A stretch of DNA of 64,000 nt from the human T2T-CHM13v2.0 reference genome, Homo sapiens. The stretch is taken from the NCBI RefSeq assembly GCF_009914755.1, contig NC_060932.1. One strand, written 5' to 3'. The position numbers and the translations under genes are program-made. The notes beneath the pieces were generated by a model. That model saw only the letters and a list, made by a program, of their open reading frames with translations. It was not told the DNA's origin and did not search any database. Below, one piece after another: positions 1-16,912 of this stretch; position 1 is the first letter of the stretch; each line of letters starts with the position of its first letter.

Positions 1-478
1 TATACATATATTTTATTTATATATATAAGTAAGATCCAATTCACCTTATTTCACTAACAGGCACTGCAGAAGAAATGGACAAATCCATCATTATTTTGGA
101 GAGTTCAAAAGATCCTTTTAATTAATAATACAGTCAAGTAAGAAATAAAAAAGACTGGAAGTTTTGGAAAAGCAATATTAACAAGCTTGGTTTGTGAACA
201 TGTGAAGAAACTTGTAATTACAAAAAACTTGTATTCAGTACTTATGAGGTAGTTTTTAACAATGAGAAAATCATTAGACCTTAAGATATATTTTGCTTTT
301 CCCTTTCTATTTAAGTGATACCAGGCTACTGGTTATCGTACCCTGTCTTTATCTGATTTTCATATTCTTTCCTTTGGGTATTTGCAGTAAATGTAAGCTC
401 AGAAACTATTTATTTCAAACCATAGGATTTCAAATATCAAATCTCTGCATGTATCAGTATATTTTAATATATATATCA

Positions 479-715
<237 letters not shown>

Positions 716-2597
716 TCACAGCCTTTGTTACATACATAATTATCAAATATGAAAGTTCAAGAAACCCTCGGAGTTCAGGTTTTTAAAAACATATTATGGG
801 AGTTTTATGGAATAAGAATATAGAAATTAGAAAACTGTTTTGAAAGTAGTAATTCTTTAATTGTGAAACATTTCCTCTTTTGACTGAATGGCTGAATGTT
901 TACAATCACAACCCCCTTCAAAAATCAATTTAATGTATCTATGATATGTTTCTATTCCTATATATATAGATGTCAAAATTCTAACAATAAAATTAAATAA
1001 ACACCATAAGGTCTTAATTTATCTGAAGTAAAATGTCTTCGTACTGTACTTACAGTGGCAACATAGTCAAATTTCGTGAATTTGATAGATTTATATTGGA
1101 AATTGTTTTATAGTAATAAGTGAAGTTTAATGTCATAATCCTCAGTGGTGATGATCATTGACAATAGATTTTCATACTCAATAAAACCTCGAACTCGCAT
1201 ATTAACAGTGCTTTACTTTCAGTTTGCATTGCCTCTGTATTTGAGGCATTAGTATTTTGTGTTTTCAAATACACGTATATTTTGTGTATATTTATACATA
1301 CACATTCATATACTTAAGAGTGTGAAAAAGACAGAGGATCTACCTATATCCTGGAATATGCTTTTATATTTTACTCAATAATATATTAAGGATATTTATC
1401 TATTAAAATACTTTAGAGACTGATATTTTCAGTAATTTAGTGGAATTGAATCTATTTCTCAAAATTTATTTAGGATTCCTATTCATAGTGTTTTGAGCTG
1501 TGCACTTTTCTACAACTAAACAATGCTGCCATGAACATCATTTTAAATATATTTGTATATTGATATAAGTACTTCTATAGAACATCTTCCTGAAGTGGAT
1601 TTGACCAAAGGGACTAAACATTAAACAGCATTTTTGTTCAACCATTGCCGTACTACTCTCCAAATATATGCTACCATTTTTCTTCCTCTTACTGCGTATC
1701 AGCGTCCACTTTTTGCAGCTGAATACTGGGTACCATTAATATATTTAAGTTTGCATAGTAAGAGTAGGTACATAGCAAATCATTATTACTTAACTTGTTT
1801 TTCAAATTATAGTGAGGTTAAAGTATCCAGTCATTAAATTTCTGACGATTAATGTTTATTAATTTTTCTTTTAGATCATTTGCTTGGTTTTCTCTTTCAG
1901 CATTGGGCTTTTTATTTTTGATGAACCAAATGTTCTCATCTATTCTGGTAATAATTTTTGTCTCTCTGTTCTACTTTTATCCCATTTTCTGTCTTCATTG
2001 TATGCTTTATTATTGTATTAAGTACTCCTATGTTCTAAAGTTGATAGATACTCATTTCCGATTTGCACATGGGGAAATAAGCCAGTGGTATGTTTTTCTT
2101 TAATCCAGAAGTAAAAAGAATATTACACTCTCTTGAGCTGGACTAGACTAGACAAGCTTAGGTGAGAGGATCAAGATGGTCAGAGTGTAGGACCTTCGAA
2201 AATAAATGAATGTGCGTCTAGATTTGCCTCTTCAATGACACTATACTGAAGCAGAGAGACTTACCAGCTTTTATTGCTCTAACTGTGCCTTCTCCCAAAC
2301 AAAACCTTATTCTAGATTAGAATTTCTCTATCTTGCACCTCCTCCTCCCCTGACCATTTAATATTTTCTGTACAATACCATCATTACAATAAAGGTGAAA
2401 TAGTGAGCATGGATGTTTGTAGGGCACACCGCCATGATAAATACACTTGACTTAATTTAGGGGGCTAAAAATTGCTGCAAGTATGTCGGGTAGTTCCAGA
2501 CATTCAGCATAAAGTGTTAAGTGACTAGACAGTGATTTTGCTTCCTAGAAACGAGGAATCATCCAGGTTTTTCATCATACCTAAAAGCTGAGGCTAC

Positions 2598-2899
2598 TTT
2601 TTCTTTCTTTTTTTTTTTTTTTTTTTTTGAGACGGAGTCTCGCACTGTCACCCAGGCTGGAGTGCAATGGCATGATCTCGGCTCCCTGCAACCTCCACCT
2701 CCTGGGTTCAAGTGGTTCTCCCGAGTAGCTGGGATTACAGGTGCACACTACCACACCTGACTAATTTTTTTTTTTTTAATTTTGTAGAGATGGGGTTTCA
2801 CTATGTTGGCCAGACTGGTCTCGAACTCCTGACCTCGTGGTCCACCCACCTCGGCCTCCCAAAGTGCTGGGATTACAGGTGTGAGGCACTGCGCCTGGC
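2598..2899 (-). mobile_element. AluS element with small internal deletion
   Basis: Poly-T tail then Alu body. TSD AGCTGAGGCT at 2586-2595 and 2900-2909. Confidence 0.95.
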
Positions 2900-3373
2900 A
2901 GCTGAGGCTGCCTTATTATTCCCTTCTTTGAAAACTGCACATGGTGTTTACATTTGTCAAATTTCAGTGGAAATTATTTTCACTGGGAGGAGGAAAAGTG
3001 TATTTAATTTCAAAAAATCCTATATAGCATCCACACACTCCCTCCACATGCTACCACCAGTGACCCTCCTAGAAACAGGCATTTAATTTTGTAGTCGTAC
3101 AGTCCTTTTCACCTCTATGGATGATGATAAATGCCACCCCTGTCTTTCATTTGGTGCCAATGTTCTTCCTCTTTCTTTCAAATTAATTTTTGGTGTGTCC
3201 TTGATAAGTGTTATGCTGGTGTCACTTATAACCTATTTCCTCAAACGCCATTTACAAATTCAGGCATTCATTTAATTTATTTATTCCTACATTGAGCTAA
3301 AGATTCAAAGGTCAATAAAATTATTCAAGCAATGGGGATGAGCGTCCCAATGTTGTTTTTCAGTGTACACAGG

Positions 3374-3376
<3 letters not shown>

Positions 3377-3407
<31 letters not shown>
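3377..3407. repeat. (CA)15 microsatellite
   Basis: Read directly. Confidence 0.95.
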
Positions 3408-3409
<2 letters not shown>

Positions 3410-3699
3410 CACGCACTGGCACTGACCTAGTTTCTAAGTCTCTGTGAGTGACTACTGTTTTTAAAGATGTATATAGCTTTCAAACTTTCACCATTCCCTT
3501 GCATTTCCTTTTCTAATGCTGGAATTCCCTCCAAAATTTAAGTGTAATCTATCGAAACTCAAACAGCTCACTGATCACCAGATTTTGATCGTTTCCATTA
3601 ATTATCACTTCAAACAGGTTCAAAATTTCTACCACCTTCCAGATAGTTTCCAATTTGCTTTCAATTCCTCATGTTTGGGTTCAAAAGCATTCGATGGTC

Positions 3700-4035
<336 letters not shown>

Positions 4036-4895
4036 TTAATGCACTGCCAGAATCAAATGTATCCTTCTTCTTCCATCTCATCCACCTTCCCTCTGTCCTT
4101 ACCTCATCTCAGTGCTCTTCTGACCCTATTTCTACATAAATAGTATTTCTTCTCCATTCTTCTTTCCCCTCAACTTAATCAATGTCTATCCTGATAACTA
4201 ACATTTTCGCTTTCTGTCTTTCTTATATTATTCAAAACTATGGACAGTTTCTTCTTTGTACACTTTCTCTAATCTTTCTATAGCCCAAGGCTTTGATATC
4301 CCAATACCCTTTGATATGCTTACTTATTAACAATGTAGGAAACACTGATAGATTTTAGACGTGACATGGAATAGAAACGGAATATCAACATGTTGGGATG
4401 AGGTTCACCAACAGACTCCCCATACAAAAACTGTAATACCATTGTCTTCTGACACCTTAAGGTGAGGACCATGTATAAGTTCAAAAGTTCTGAGTGAAAC
4501 TTACAAATAAAAAAAAAAATCTAAGCATATCAAATATGTCTGTTGCAAAATTCACACATACAGAGTGTTCACTTCTCAAGATCTGCTAAGATAACCTAAA
4601 AATTATGATTGGTTTAGGCAGTCTAAAAAGACATTTTAACAGTATTTATAAAATATGTAAAGGGAGTCTATATTCAATGGGAAAAATTTCCCCTTTTTCT
4701 AAGAGTTTAGAGAAGGCGAATCCATTTTAAATCCCTTAACATTCGTTTAAAATCTGGATAAGTTAGCCATAGAAATCAGGGTAAACAGGATGATGAAACA
4801 GGGTTTGCAACTTTTGCTTTCCTGTACTGCCTAAGGAGACGAGACTTGGATGGATTCAGTTCCAGCAAGTGACCTTGCAGTCCACAAACTCTTAC

Positions 4896-5308
4896 CTCTT
4901 GTTGTTTGAAGGTATTCTCTTGGATTTTGCCATTCAGATTTTCTATGTTGAGCTGCAAATCAAGCAATGTGGTATTCAAACTTATTAAGGACTTGGAGAT
5001 TTCATCTATTGCATTCCCATGTCCCTGGACTGAGGAAAACAAGGTACTTAGCTGCAGAAGAATGTCATTAAATCTTTGATCAGTTGTCATGCTGAAATTT
5101 TGGAAATGCTCTGTGTCCATGAGGTTGGCTTCCATGTCTAAAATATGCTGGATTCTCTTCTCCATGTTGCTCATGTGTTCCATAAAGACTTCTTGAAATC
5201 TCATTTCCTCTTCGCTGTCATTTCCTTTTCCCGTGAGACTTTGAGTTATATCATTTGCATTAGTTGAACTAACTGAGCAATTCTTCGTTTCCCACTTCAG
5301 GAGTTGAG
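4896..5308 (-). CDS. MSR1: MSR1 coding exon 4 (413 nt), spacer plus coiled coil, (A)[14 protein letters not shown]...ENTFKQQE
   Basis: Acceptor atatacag|CTCAAC (5309-5310) and donor CAAGAG|gtaaga (4894-4895). It is the core of ORF 4776..5381, with N-glycosylation sequons (NCS, NDS, NFS, NTT) and the extracellular Cys. Confidence 0.98.
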
Positions 5309-6505
5309 CTGTATATTTAAGTAAAAATAAACCAGTCATGGCCTGATCCTTGAATGCATACAGGATCCCATCCCATATCATTCCATTCCGTTCATTTTAT
5401 TCCATTCCATTCCAACATTTTGAATGCTAGGCTAAATCGAGTATTTTTTTTTAATCTACAACGTGTGAACTACGCTACGTATATTGCTGAGAAGCATACA
5501 TTCTCCCTTTCCTATTTTACGTTAAGATGATTCCAGGATTATATCATGCTTTCTGAATTGCTGCTTATATGAATCTTCTTGGCCATTGATTTTGGCCTTG
5601 CCAATTAAAAAAAAATTCTATAGATTATGAAAGGCTATGTGTCTACAGAACTGCTGTTAGAATAAAGTGGACTAATGCTTAATACAGTTTCTGAAGTAAG
5701 CATGTTGAATATGTTAACAATGGCAGTGATAATCATGATGATGACAAAAGCAATAAGTGGTGAAATAGTGGTGTCATGCATAATATGGATAAATTGTTGG
5801 TTTATCTTCTTCATTCTTTCACTTGAGCTGCCAGAAAAGCGTCATTTTCAGTTAATACAGACCTAATTCACAGTTGGTGGAGCAGGAAATTGGGCAAATA
5901 CATTTTTTCACTTTATAAAGGTACGATTCTCATAAGACTCCTTTTTAACTATTATAAAATATATATTCACAGCAGAAAATTTAGAAAATATACATAATAT
6001 GGAAAAACAATTTACCATGAATCTCACCATCCTAGCTTAAACTCTAGGATTTTGGTGTACGTGTCTCAACCCTTATCATATTATTATCTTAAAATATGAC
6101 ATTTTTAAACAATCTGGAAACAACTTTTTAATGTAATGCTCTATCATAAGTACTTTTTTATATTATTTAATATTATTCTACAAAAATAATTTTAAAAACT
6201 CCATTGTAGTATATGTATGGATCTGCCAGATTTATTTAAAAAATAGCTGCATTTAGTTTGCCTCTGTTTTCAGTAATATAGCCAATGTTTTGATGAACAA
6301 TCTTGTGATTAATTATTTCCCAAATTAAAAAAAAATTATATTCTAAAATAGTATTTTAGGAACATACTGAGCTGCTGATAGATATCCCCAAATGGGCATA
6401 TGTTCTCTAAACAATCTAATTATCATTCTGAAATAATCTAAAGCAATATGTTTTCTAGTTTCAAAAAAATAAAAGGCTTAAACATTAACTTTTTATGCAA
6501 AAATA

Positions 6506-6859
<354 letters not shown>

Positions 6860-7159
6860 TCATGGCTGAGGTTTTCTGTTTTCCTATATCTCTCTATATG
6901 TATCTATTTATACCTTTTATCTACATGTATGTTAGTCATATTCATATTAGATTGGTTGTATAAGATTTTCCGCATTTGACAATTATGGAACAATAAAAAG
7001 AATAATTTCATATTGCTCAAAAATATATGCAGCTCCACCTGAGTCTATCAATTTTCTAATAAAAGTGATATGGTGATAGTACCATTTTTATAGATTTTTG
7101 AGAATTAAACAACACATGAAAAACATTTAGTTCTACCCCTAACTCAAGGATTTTGTTCA

Positions 7160-7380
7160 ATAACTAACAGCTTGGTGTTTACATAGGATCTAGTTCCCTG
7201 ATTCTAGAATCTTCCTACACTCCTCCATTACCAACTAGGCTACTCTGAACAAGTTACTTATCGCTCTCCTTGCTTTGGTTTTCTCAATTTGTAAAAGTAA
7301 CAATTACCTCAACAGTGGTGCTGAACACTAATTAAATAGGCATATCTATTCCTCTAAAGTGCCTTGTACATGAGAGACAT
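7160..7380 (+). mobile_element. MIR fragment
   Basis: Degenerate MIR core (aacaagttacttatc...ttttctcaatttgtaaaa). Confidence 0.6.
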
Positions 7381-7387
7381 TATCTCA

Positions 7388-7705
<318 letters not shown>

Positions 7706-8197
7706 TTACTACTGTAGCTATTATTACATTAAGAGTGTCATCCTAAATATGCAGTTAAATTCTAATTTCAAAAAATACATGATACCATATTTTTCCTTGT
7801 TTTATTAATTTAATATTAGCTTATGTGAAATAACAAAATATGACAATATTTTGATGTGATCTACAATAGAGTTTGTATTGAGTATGTTACTCTACATGTC
7901 TTAACGTATCAATACCTTGGAAATAAAAGTATATTTCTTAACTGTATCTCATCACATTTATTAAATTCATTGTGGGGACCAAGTTTTGGGTTGACAGCCT
8001 CATCCATGCATTCATTAATTCTATGATTTAATTCTTATATACTATGTGGAAAGTATTGCTTGAGTTACTCTGGGAATAAAAGAACAATTGGGAATGGAAT
8101 TTGACTGTAACAATGAGGAGCCCAAATAAACAATTTTATCAAAATTACTTCAAAATTTTCCTCTAACGTTGTCCTTTTTTGATTATTATTTCTTTTG

Positions 8198-8420
8198 AAG
8201 TAGCAGTTAAGAATTTAGATTCTAGAATAGAACTGCCTGGGTTAGCAATTCTGGCTCTGCCCTTTATAAACTATGGCGTTGGACAAGTTACTTAATCTGT
8301 TATTGCCTCTATTTCACCACCTGTATAAATGGGGTACTAATAGTCAGTGTCCAAATAATTAAATGAACTATATGTAAAATACTTAGACCACTTCCTGGCA
8401 TGTAATAAGCACTTGAAAAT
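8198..8420 (+). mobile_element. MIR
   Basis: actgcctgggtt...ctggctctgcc...ggacaagttacttaatct...ctgtataaatgggg. Confidence 0.75.
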
Positions 8421-10078
8421 TTTCAGGTTTTTGCTATGATTAATATTTGGATTCAAGATGTGTGATTCAGGTACCTATATGCCCAATATTGATTAACTAT
8501 GGGGAAGTAGCATTGTGTGATAAAAATCTTTTTCTGGAGTTGGATGTTCATATGAACACAGTCATCTCTCTGCTTTATTTTACTATGCACATTGCTCTGA
8601 TTGCTCAACCATATACTTTTACTTTCACTGGAAATAAGATTTATTTTGTATCAGTAAAGCTAATATTTTTCACAATATGGAAAGAGAAGCCCCAATGTGA
8701 CTAAGGTCATATGACCAACTATTTTTAATTTGACAACAAGTTAAACATGAGGTGACAGTAAATGCTACATTTTGTTAATAGATCTAAAAACACAAATTGC
8801 CTGTTTCATCGAACCCTGAGTGAAAACTAATTTTTCTATAAAATGTTAACTTTTTATCATATATCTAGGTAAAGAATGCCAGGATTTATATTTTCAAAAG
8901 TTCACTTATTTTTATTGGAGAGATGGCATTTTGTGACTTTTCTGTTTCACATATGAAAGGAGACAGAATTTTATGGTCTGTGCAACAACCTACGGACAGG
9001 GTTATATTTGATTCTACAGATCATATCTACTCTTTCATATTGGAATTATCTTTTCATACCCCAAATGGATATTGTTTTCAGCTAAAGAATTTTTAGTATT
9101 TCAGTAACAATTTATATATATATACATAAATTCTTGATTTTTATCTTATTGTTCTGACACAGTATTATGTTGTTACACTCTGACAGTATTTCAGCAGCTT
9201 CTTTAAGAAAAGATTGTAAATGGAATAAACCTTATAATTAAGAAAATACCCCTCAATATATAATTCACTTCACAGAGTTTTATATATAATATTCTATTTC
9301 ACCCATGAATTCATATTTGCCAAACTTCTACCATTTTAGGGATATATTCTGTCTACATTTGTAATTTTTTATGCCAAGTAGAGATATATATTGCTTTTTA
9401 GTTTCTTTTTGAAAAATATACTGATCTACAACTTAATTAAAGTTGTAAGTGGATTGTGAATTGTTTATTGTTAATACATAATAAACATAGTGAGGCCTTT
9501 TCCAAATTCTGGTGAATCTGATACTGATGTGTACTTATAAAATTTGAACATTCTTAGTGTCTAGTCAATTTTAGTCGGTACCTACTGTAGTTTCAGTAAA
9601 CAAACTACTTCAAATCAATCATTGTAAACTCCAGAATAAATGTGTTGACTTGGTAGTATTTTCTAATAGCTCGGGGACTTTGAACTTGGTTAGAACCTTG
9701 AATTATTTTCCGACTCCTGTCTGCACTCTGCACGAGCCTATCAGAAGCTGCGGTCCCTGGTGCTGGTACTGCAGGCAGTGATTTGCATAAAGGTGATGAA
9801 ATCTACTCAAATTCTAATTGGTTTATATGTAATAATCCCAACAATGAAGCATCATTTAGTTATACATTTCAAATTACAGATAAGCATAGACATAAACAAA
9901 CATACAGATAACCTTGATTTACCAGGAAATTGTTTAATGCCAAACGTGTCAGGTCCTTTTACTCAGACAACAATAGTTTGGTTGGTTGGTTGTTATGGTT
10001 GGATTTTTGTTTTAGTGTATTTTTAATGGCCAAAAAGAAGTTAATTGTTACCTCTGGAAAATATTTTCCTGTGGTGAC

Positions 10079-10384
<306 letters not shown>

Positions 10385-11623
10385 TGACTTTTTTGTTTTT
10401 TTATTGGCCAACCATGTTGTTTTATAAAGACTTGATTAAACTGGGAGACAAGAGACCAGAGTAACTAGGGTTCGGAAGTCTTGGATGGGAACTCCAGCTC
10501 CAATACTGAGCTGTCTGAATTTTCTTATGTGGATAATGAGAATAATTACAGTCTCTGTAGAGAGGTTAATTGTAAGGGTGTATTATTGTTTTCATTATTT
10601 CTTTCTTAGTGGAATTTTTGCTCTGTCTTGGAATACTTCCTTAGACTGCCCTGTAGCAGAGGAACTTTGGCCTGGTCTTTAGGAACTTTTTTGTTGTTGT
10701 TGTTAAACTGCTTAGTATGCACATAAAAATGTATCTTATTCCCAGCCTATCTCTTATTAGAGCACATGGGCAGACATTTTATCAGTCATATAGAGAAGAG
10801 GAGAGCTATAAGGCATATAAATTCAAATGCCAATCGAAATACATCAAATCCATCCAAAATGCTACGCGGGGAATAATATTTACATAAGTGCTTACGGTGT
10901 ATACAAGCTATCTACCCTTGTAGAAACAGTCAAATCTATCTCCGGTTCAAGTCAGACCCTCCAAAGAAATATATACCTCAGGAACATCATTTTGAGCCCA
11001 AGTATCACGTTGTATATTTTTTCTTTGAGAAGATACTATCAGGTTATTTTTAGAGATATTTTAAATAATATCCCTATGAAAAATGTGGTCATATAAGCTG
11101 GATTTTACTAAGTTGTAGGCCATTATTCTACAAAGTCTCCTCTCTTTAAAAACTGACAGAAATATTTTTTCTGCTCTCAGTACTAAGAATAGAAGAGCTT
11201 CTCCTGGACAACAGGCTTTTTTTTTATATTATAGCTATTGTTAATGTAAATGATCATCTTACTTCTTCACATTGGCAAAATGAATACTTTTAAAATTTGT
11301 CACCCACATTAGAAGGAGAGGACTCTAGAGGATAATATATTTTTGAAAGAGTGTCCTTTTCATTTTACTATTACAAATCTGTATTTTTATCTTGCACTTC
11401 TTTTTTTCCATTCTATTTTGTTTTTTCTAATTTAAAAACTATTTTTTTCTACTTAACTTTGCGGAATCTGTTTTTTAACTTAACAAATTTGAAGGACACT
11501 TTGTAATGCAGTATTTTCTTTATGAATGTACCATATACAAAAGACTGAATGCTTCTTTTTTGCTTTGGCAATGAATAATTCACGGGACGAGTTACTAAAT
11601 TTCAAAACTCTGGGTTACGTTAC

Positions 11624-11737
11624 CTGCCACTATTCCAATGAGAGGGATGAGAACTGCAAACACGAGGAGGTAAAGGGCAATCAGTGCAGCTTTGAAGGAC
11701 TTCAGTTTCTCTTGAAGGGAAGGGCTGTTTTTAGGAT
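11624..11737 (-). CDS. MSR1: MSR1 coding exon 3 (114 nt), type II transmembrane/signal-anchor, (N)[37 protein letters not shown]
   Basis: Acceptor ttttattag|ATCCTA (11738-11739) and donor GTGGCAG|gtaacg (11622-11623). Encodes a hydrophobic helix after basic residues. Read directly from the sequence; not in the ORF track. Confidence 0.97.
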
Positions 11738-12603
11738 CTAATAAAACAAAAAAGCCCAGCCTACTGTTAGAAAGTGTTGTCTTCTTCCATAATTAAAATT
11801 GTTTTAATCTCCAATTATATTCTTACTACCAAGCCTATTGGAATAAAAAAGAAGAAAAAATGTTCCACATCTTTGCAGTAGAAAGCAAAAGGACAGTCAC
11901 AGGAAAAGCCAATCCAGGTATCATTATAGGCACTTGACTGACTTATCCACTCACTAAACATCTACAAGAAAGTTACTGTGCTCTACAAGTTGTGCTTGTT
12001 TGATCTTTTGGAATCAGCTGGTAAATTTTAATATCAACACTTACATATACAAACATAAATTTTATTCAATGTTCATATGGGAAAATATTCTGGGTGACAA
12101 TAAAATTTTCTAAAGTAACTATGCAATTTTTTAATATTTTAAAATCAGATAGGGCAAATACTTATTTTCAATGACTATGATGTTAAAATAATTTTCTTGT
12201 TCAATTCCTTCTCAATAGTTTTGTATCTGCATACCTCTTATGATTTGAATACAGTGTAAACAATATTTAAGAAAAATGAAATAAAGTGATTCACATTTTT
12301 ACTAATCTTTAGAATGGATCAATGAAGCCCACTCTCTCTATATTTCAGAACATATTAATAACAGTAACCTTTTATTCATATGCATTTATATGGCACTGTG
12401 ATTTATATAATGGGATATTAATTGTAGTAGAGACAAATCAATATAAAGGGGAAACAGTAGATGAGGAAGTCATTTCTCTGATTAGTTGAATACAATGGTC
12501 ATTAAAAATTTATTTTCTATGGTCATTGCTTTCATTGATCAATTAAAAAAAGTAAATGTTGCTTTCAGGTTGCAAATTGTTAAATTAAAAACAAACTTTT
12601 TTA

Positions 12604-12962
<359 letters not shown>

Positions 12963-13575
12963 GGAAAAGAGAGAAAAGGAAAGGAAAGAAAAGATGGAAG
13001 GAAAAAAGAAAAAGAACCCATAATAGAAGCAAGTGGAGATATAGTCCACCTGCCAGGTTGATTAAGCCTGAAAAGTAGGAGTCATCTTCTCATCTCTAAT
13101 TTATCATCACAAATGTAAATTCTACCTTTTAAATAGCTCTCAAACATTTTGATTGCTTTTTCTCTGCTCCCGATGTCTCTCTCCTCCTTCTTCAAACTCT
13201 CATCATTTCTGTCTGTAACAGCCCTCACTGTTATCTTTTCTTACATGTGTCTCACTTGTGCCATATCCTCCCATCCATCCTTTACACAGAGCACAAGATC
13301 CACTGTGCCCTGGAGTTGAGGTCTGTATTTCAGGTTTGCTATGTAAGAACTCATATATGAGGCTTTAACTTTGTATATGCTGCTTCTTCACACTGAAATA
13401 TCTTCTCTTTCTTTTCTGCCTCCACCCATCCCCTTAGCGATATGTATTTATATTTTGAGGTTTAGCAGAATTATAAGTAACTTTCTCCTGACATCTTAAA
13501 TGATCCTGTTGAGATACAGCTGAGTATTGCTACTTTTTAGCTGTTGTCGTAACCTGTGCAAACATGTTTCACCAC

Positions 13576-14013
13576 TGCTATATGGGTTGAATTCTGTGCC
13601 ACCAACAGATATGTTAAAGTTTTAACCATAGGTACCAGTGAAAGTAAGTTTATTTGGAAATAGGGTCTTTGGAGATGTAATCAAGTTAAAATGAAGTGAT
13701 ATTGGATTAGGGTGAACCCTAATCTAATGACTGATGTCTTTGTAAGAAAAGAACAAATAGCTACAGAGAGAAGACCATACGAAGAAGGCGGGAAAGATGA
13801 GTGGTGCAGCTACAGAGGCAAGGAACACTAAGGACTGCCAGTAGCCCGTAGAAGCTGGGAGGAGGCACAGGAAGATTCTTCTCTAGAGCCTTCGAAAGGG
13901 CACATGGTCTTTCTGACACCTGCATTTTAGACTTCTGCATCTCAGAACTGTGAGCGAATACATTTCTGTTTTAAGCCTCCCATTTGTTACAACAACTCTA
14001 GAAAACTAATACA
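13576..14013 (+). mobile_element. MaLR solo LTR (MLT1C-like)
   Basis: TG...CA ends; tttatttggaaatagggtctttggagatgtaatcaagttaa; ends gaaaactaataca. Confidence 0.85.
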
Positions 14014-14317
14014 GGCACCTACCACCCATGATTTTCGAATATTAGCTCACGGTGCTAGGATCATATTTATCTCCAGAACCTAATATTGTAGCTGGGAAGC
14101 CAGAAGGCTCAATCAATGTTGTAGATTAATTTAATTTCATATAATACTGCCTTACTTTTATTTAAGCTTATTTTTATTCTGTCTCAAGAATACCCCTGTT
14201 GGTCAAATAAGTATTATTTTAACATCCACTTACATTTAAGGTAAGTCTCAAGACTATAATTTTATATTTTGTCAATAACTCTAAGAACAACCTCCATGGG
14301 CAGCCCATCCCCCTCTA

Positions 14318-14473
<156 letters not shown>

Positions 14474-14534
14474 CTAGGGCTCTTTTGCATAATGTTTTAA
14501 ACTGAAATTTCAGTTTGAAATGGAATCTATTCAG

Positions 14535-15307
14535 TTTTTCTTTTTTTTTTTTAATTATACTTTAAGCTCTAGGGTACATGTGCACAACGTGCAGGTCTGT
14601 CATATATTATACATGTACCATGTTGGTGTGCTGCACCCACAAACTCGTCATCTAACACTAGGTATATCTCCTAATAGCTATCCCTCCCCCCTCCCCCTAC
14701 CCCACAACAGGCCCCAGTGTGTGACGTTCCCCTTCCTGTGACCATGTGTTCTCATTGTTCAATTTCCACCTATGAGTGAGAACATGCGGTGTTTGGGTTT
14801 TTGTCCTTGCGATAGTTTGCTGAGAATGATGGTTTCCAGCTTCATCCATGTCCCTACAAAGGACATAAACTCATCCTTTTTTGTGGCTGCATAGTACTCC
14901 ACGGTGTACATGTGCCACATTTTCTTAATCCAGGCTATCGTTGGACATTTGGGTTGGTTCCAAGTCTTTGCTATTGTGAATAGTGCCGCCGCAATAAACA
15001 TATGTGTGCATGTGTCTTTATACCAGCATGATTTATAATCCTTTGGGTATATACCCAGTAATGGGATGGCTGGGTCAAACGGTATTTCTAGTTCTAAATC
15101 CCTGAGGAATTGCCACACTGACTTCCACAAGGGTTGAACTAGTTTACAGTCCCACCAACAGTGTAAAAGTGTTCCTATTTCTCCACATCCTCTCCAGCAG
15201 CTGTTGTTTCCTGACTTTTTAATGATCACCATTCTAACTGGTGTGAGATGGTATCTCATTGTGGTTTGGATTAGCATTTCTCTGATGGCCAGTGATGATG
15301 AGCATTT
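14535..15307 (-). mobile_element. 5'-truncated L1PA (about L1PA3-5) 3' end: ORF2 C-terminus plus 3'UTR
   Basis: ORF 14759..15277 is the L1 ORF2 C-terminus ([10 protein letters not shown]...MFSLIGGN). Poly-T tail. TSD-like TGAAA(T/C)GGAATCTAT on both sides. Confidence 0.95.
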
Positions 15308-16034
15308 AAAAAAAAATGAAACGGAATCTATATTCTATGACACAATCTGTAATAAATAACATTTAATTTTAGCAAAAAAACCATAATTAGTTAAATTTGT
15401 ATATCTCTCATATACAGCAATGTATTAAACTTACCCATAAGTTTTAACTTTCACGTAAAAAGACAGATGTATGTGGAACCCTCTCATGTATCTTTCTATT
15501 TACAAACATGTATGTCTATTTTTAGAGGTGTGTTTTTTGAGTGTGGAAAAAGAGGTATCTCTTCTTTCTTAGCTGAAAAGTTTTTTACAGGTGACAGAAA
15601 ATAACTTGTAAAATGATTTAATCAGTAATTTAATAGAGTAAAAGGAAGGAAATAAAGAAATGTCTGGATCTGAATGATCTGATTTGACTTCTTACAAAAG
15701 TCAATTTTCCCAGATAATTGTTTTAATTTGCCTCTATCTGACAAAAGAGAGGATTTGGGAACTATGCCTGCCTTCCTCCATCCTCTTCCTCCACAATGTT
15801 TAAATCCATTAGAGAACATAGTCCTTGTCCATATCAACATAGGATTCAGAAAAAACAGTTCTCAGAAATGATGCACATACAAATTGTCATTGCGAACTGC
15901 CAAATAAGGAATTTCCTTAGTATTATTTTAATTACTCTATTTGCTGAAAAAACAATAATTTCCCTTAGGACAAATAGTTTTGCATATTTGGACTAAATAA
16001 ATATTTCCTGGATCTTTTAAGAAAATTATTTATT

Positions 16035-16522
<488 letters not shown>

Positions 16523-16789
16523 TCTCTCTCTTTCTCTCTGTCTGTCTCTCTCTCTCTCCCCTTCTCCCTCTCTCCTCTCTCTCCCTTCTTTCTCTCTCTC
16601 TCCCTTCTCTCTTCTCTCATTCACTCTTTCACTTTCCAGAGCTTTTCTCATTTTACATTGGCAGCCATATAAATATGTCCTTGTACCTTTTCCAGCATAA
16701 TCTCTATTTTATGTGCATACTAAGCAGCTTTTAAAAATGTTCCTGTGTCTCTTTAACATGTATCAGAAACATTGGAAAGGTTTGATAAA

Positions 16790-16912
16790 AAGAAACTGAT
16801 GGGCCTCACCACCAGAGTTTCTGATATTTGGGGTGGGGGCTCAAGAATTTGCAATTCCAACAAATTCTCAAGAGGTGATGCAATTGGTCTGAGGACCACA
16901 TTTTAAGAACCT
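16790..16912. mobile_element. MER5A-like hAT-Charlie DNA transposon fragment
   Basis: ccagagtttctgat...ggggtgggggctcaagaatttgcaattccaacaa...gaggaccacattttaagaacc. Confidence 0.75.

Noticed and set aside
4776-5381. 201-aa ORF as a stand-alone gene
   Set aside because: It is MSR1 exon 4 plus intronic read-through on both sides; canonical splice sites bound the real coding part. The same applies to ORF 476..715.
5367-5412. (CATTC)n-like stretch resembling satellite II/III near the exon-4 acceptor
   Set aside because: Only a few degenerate units; a simple repeat.
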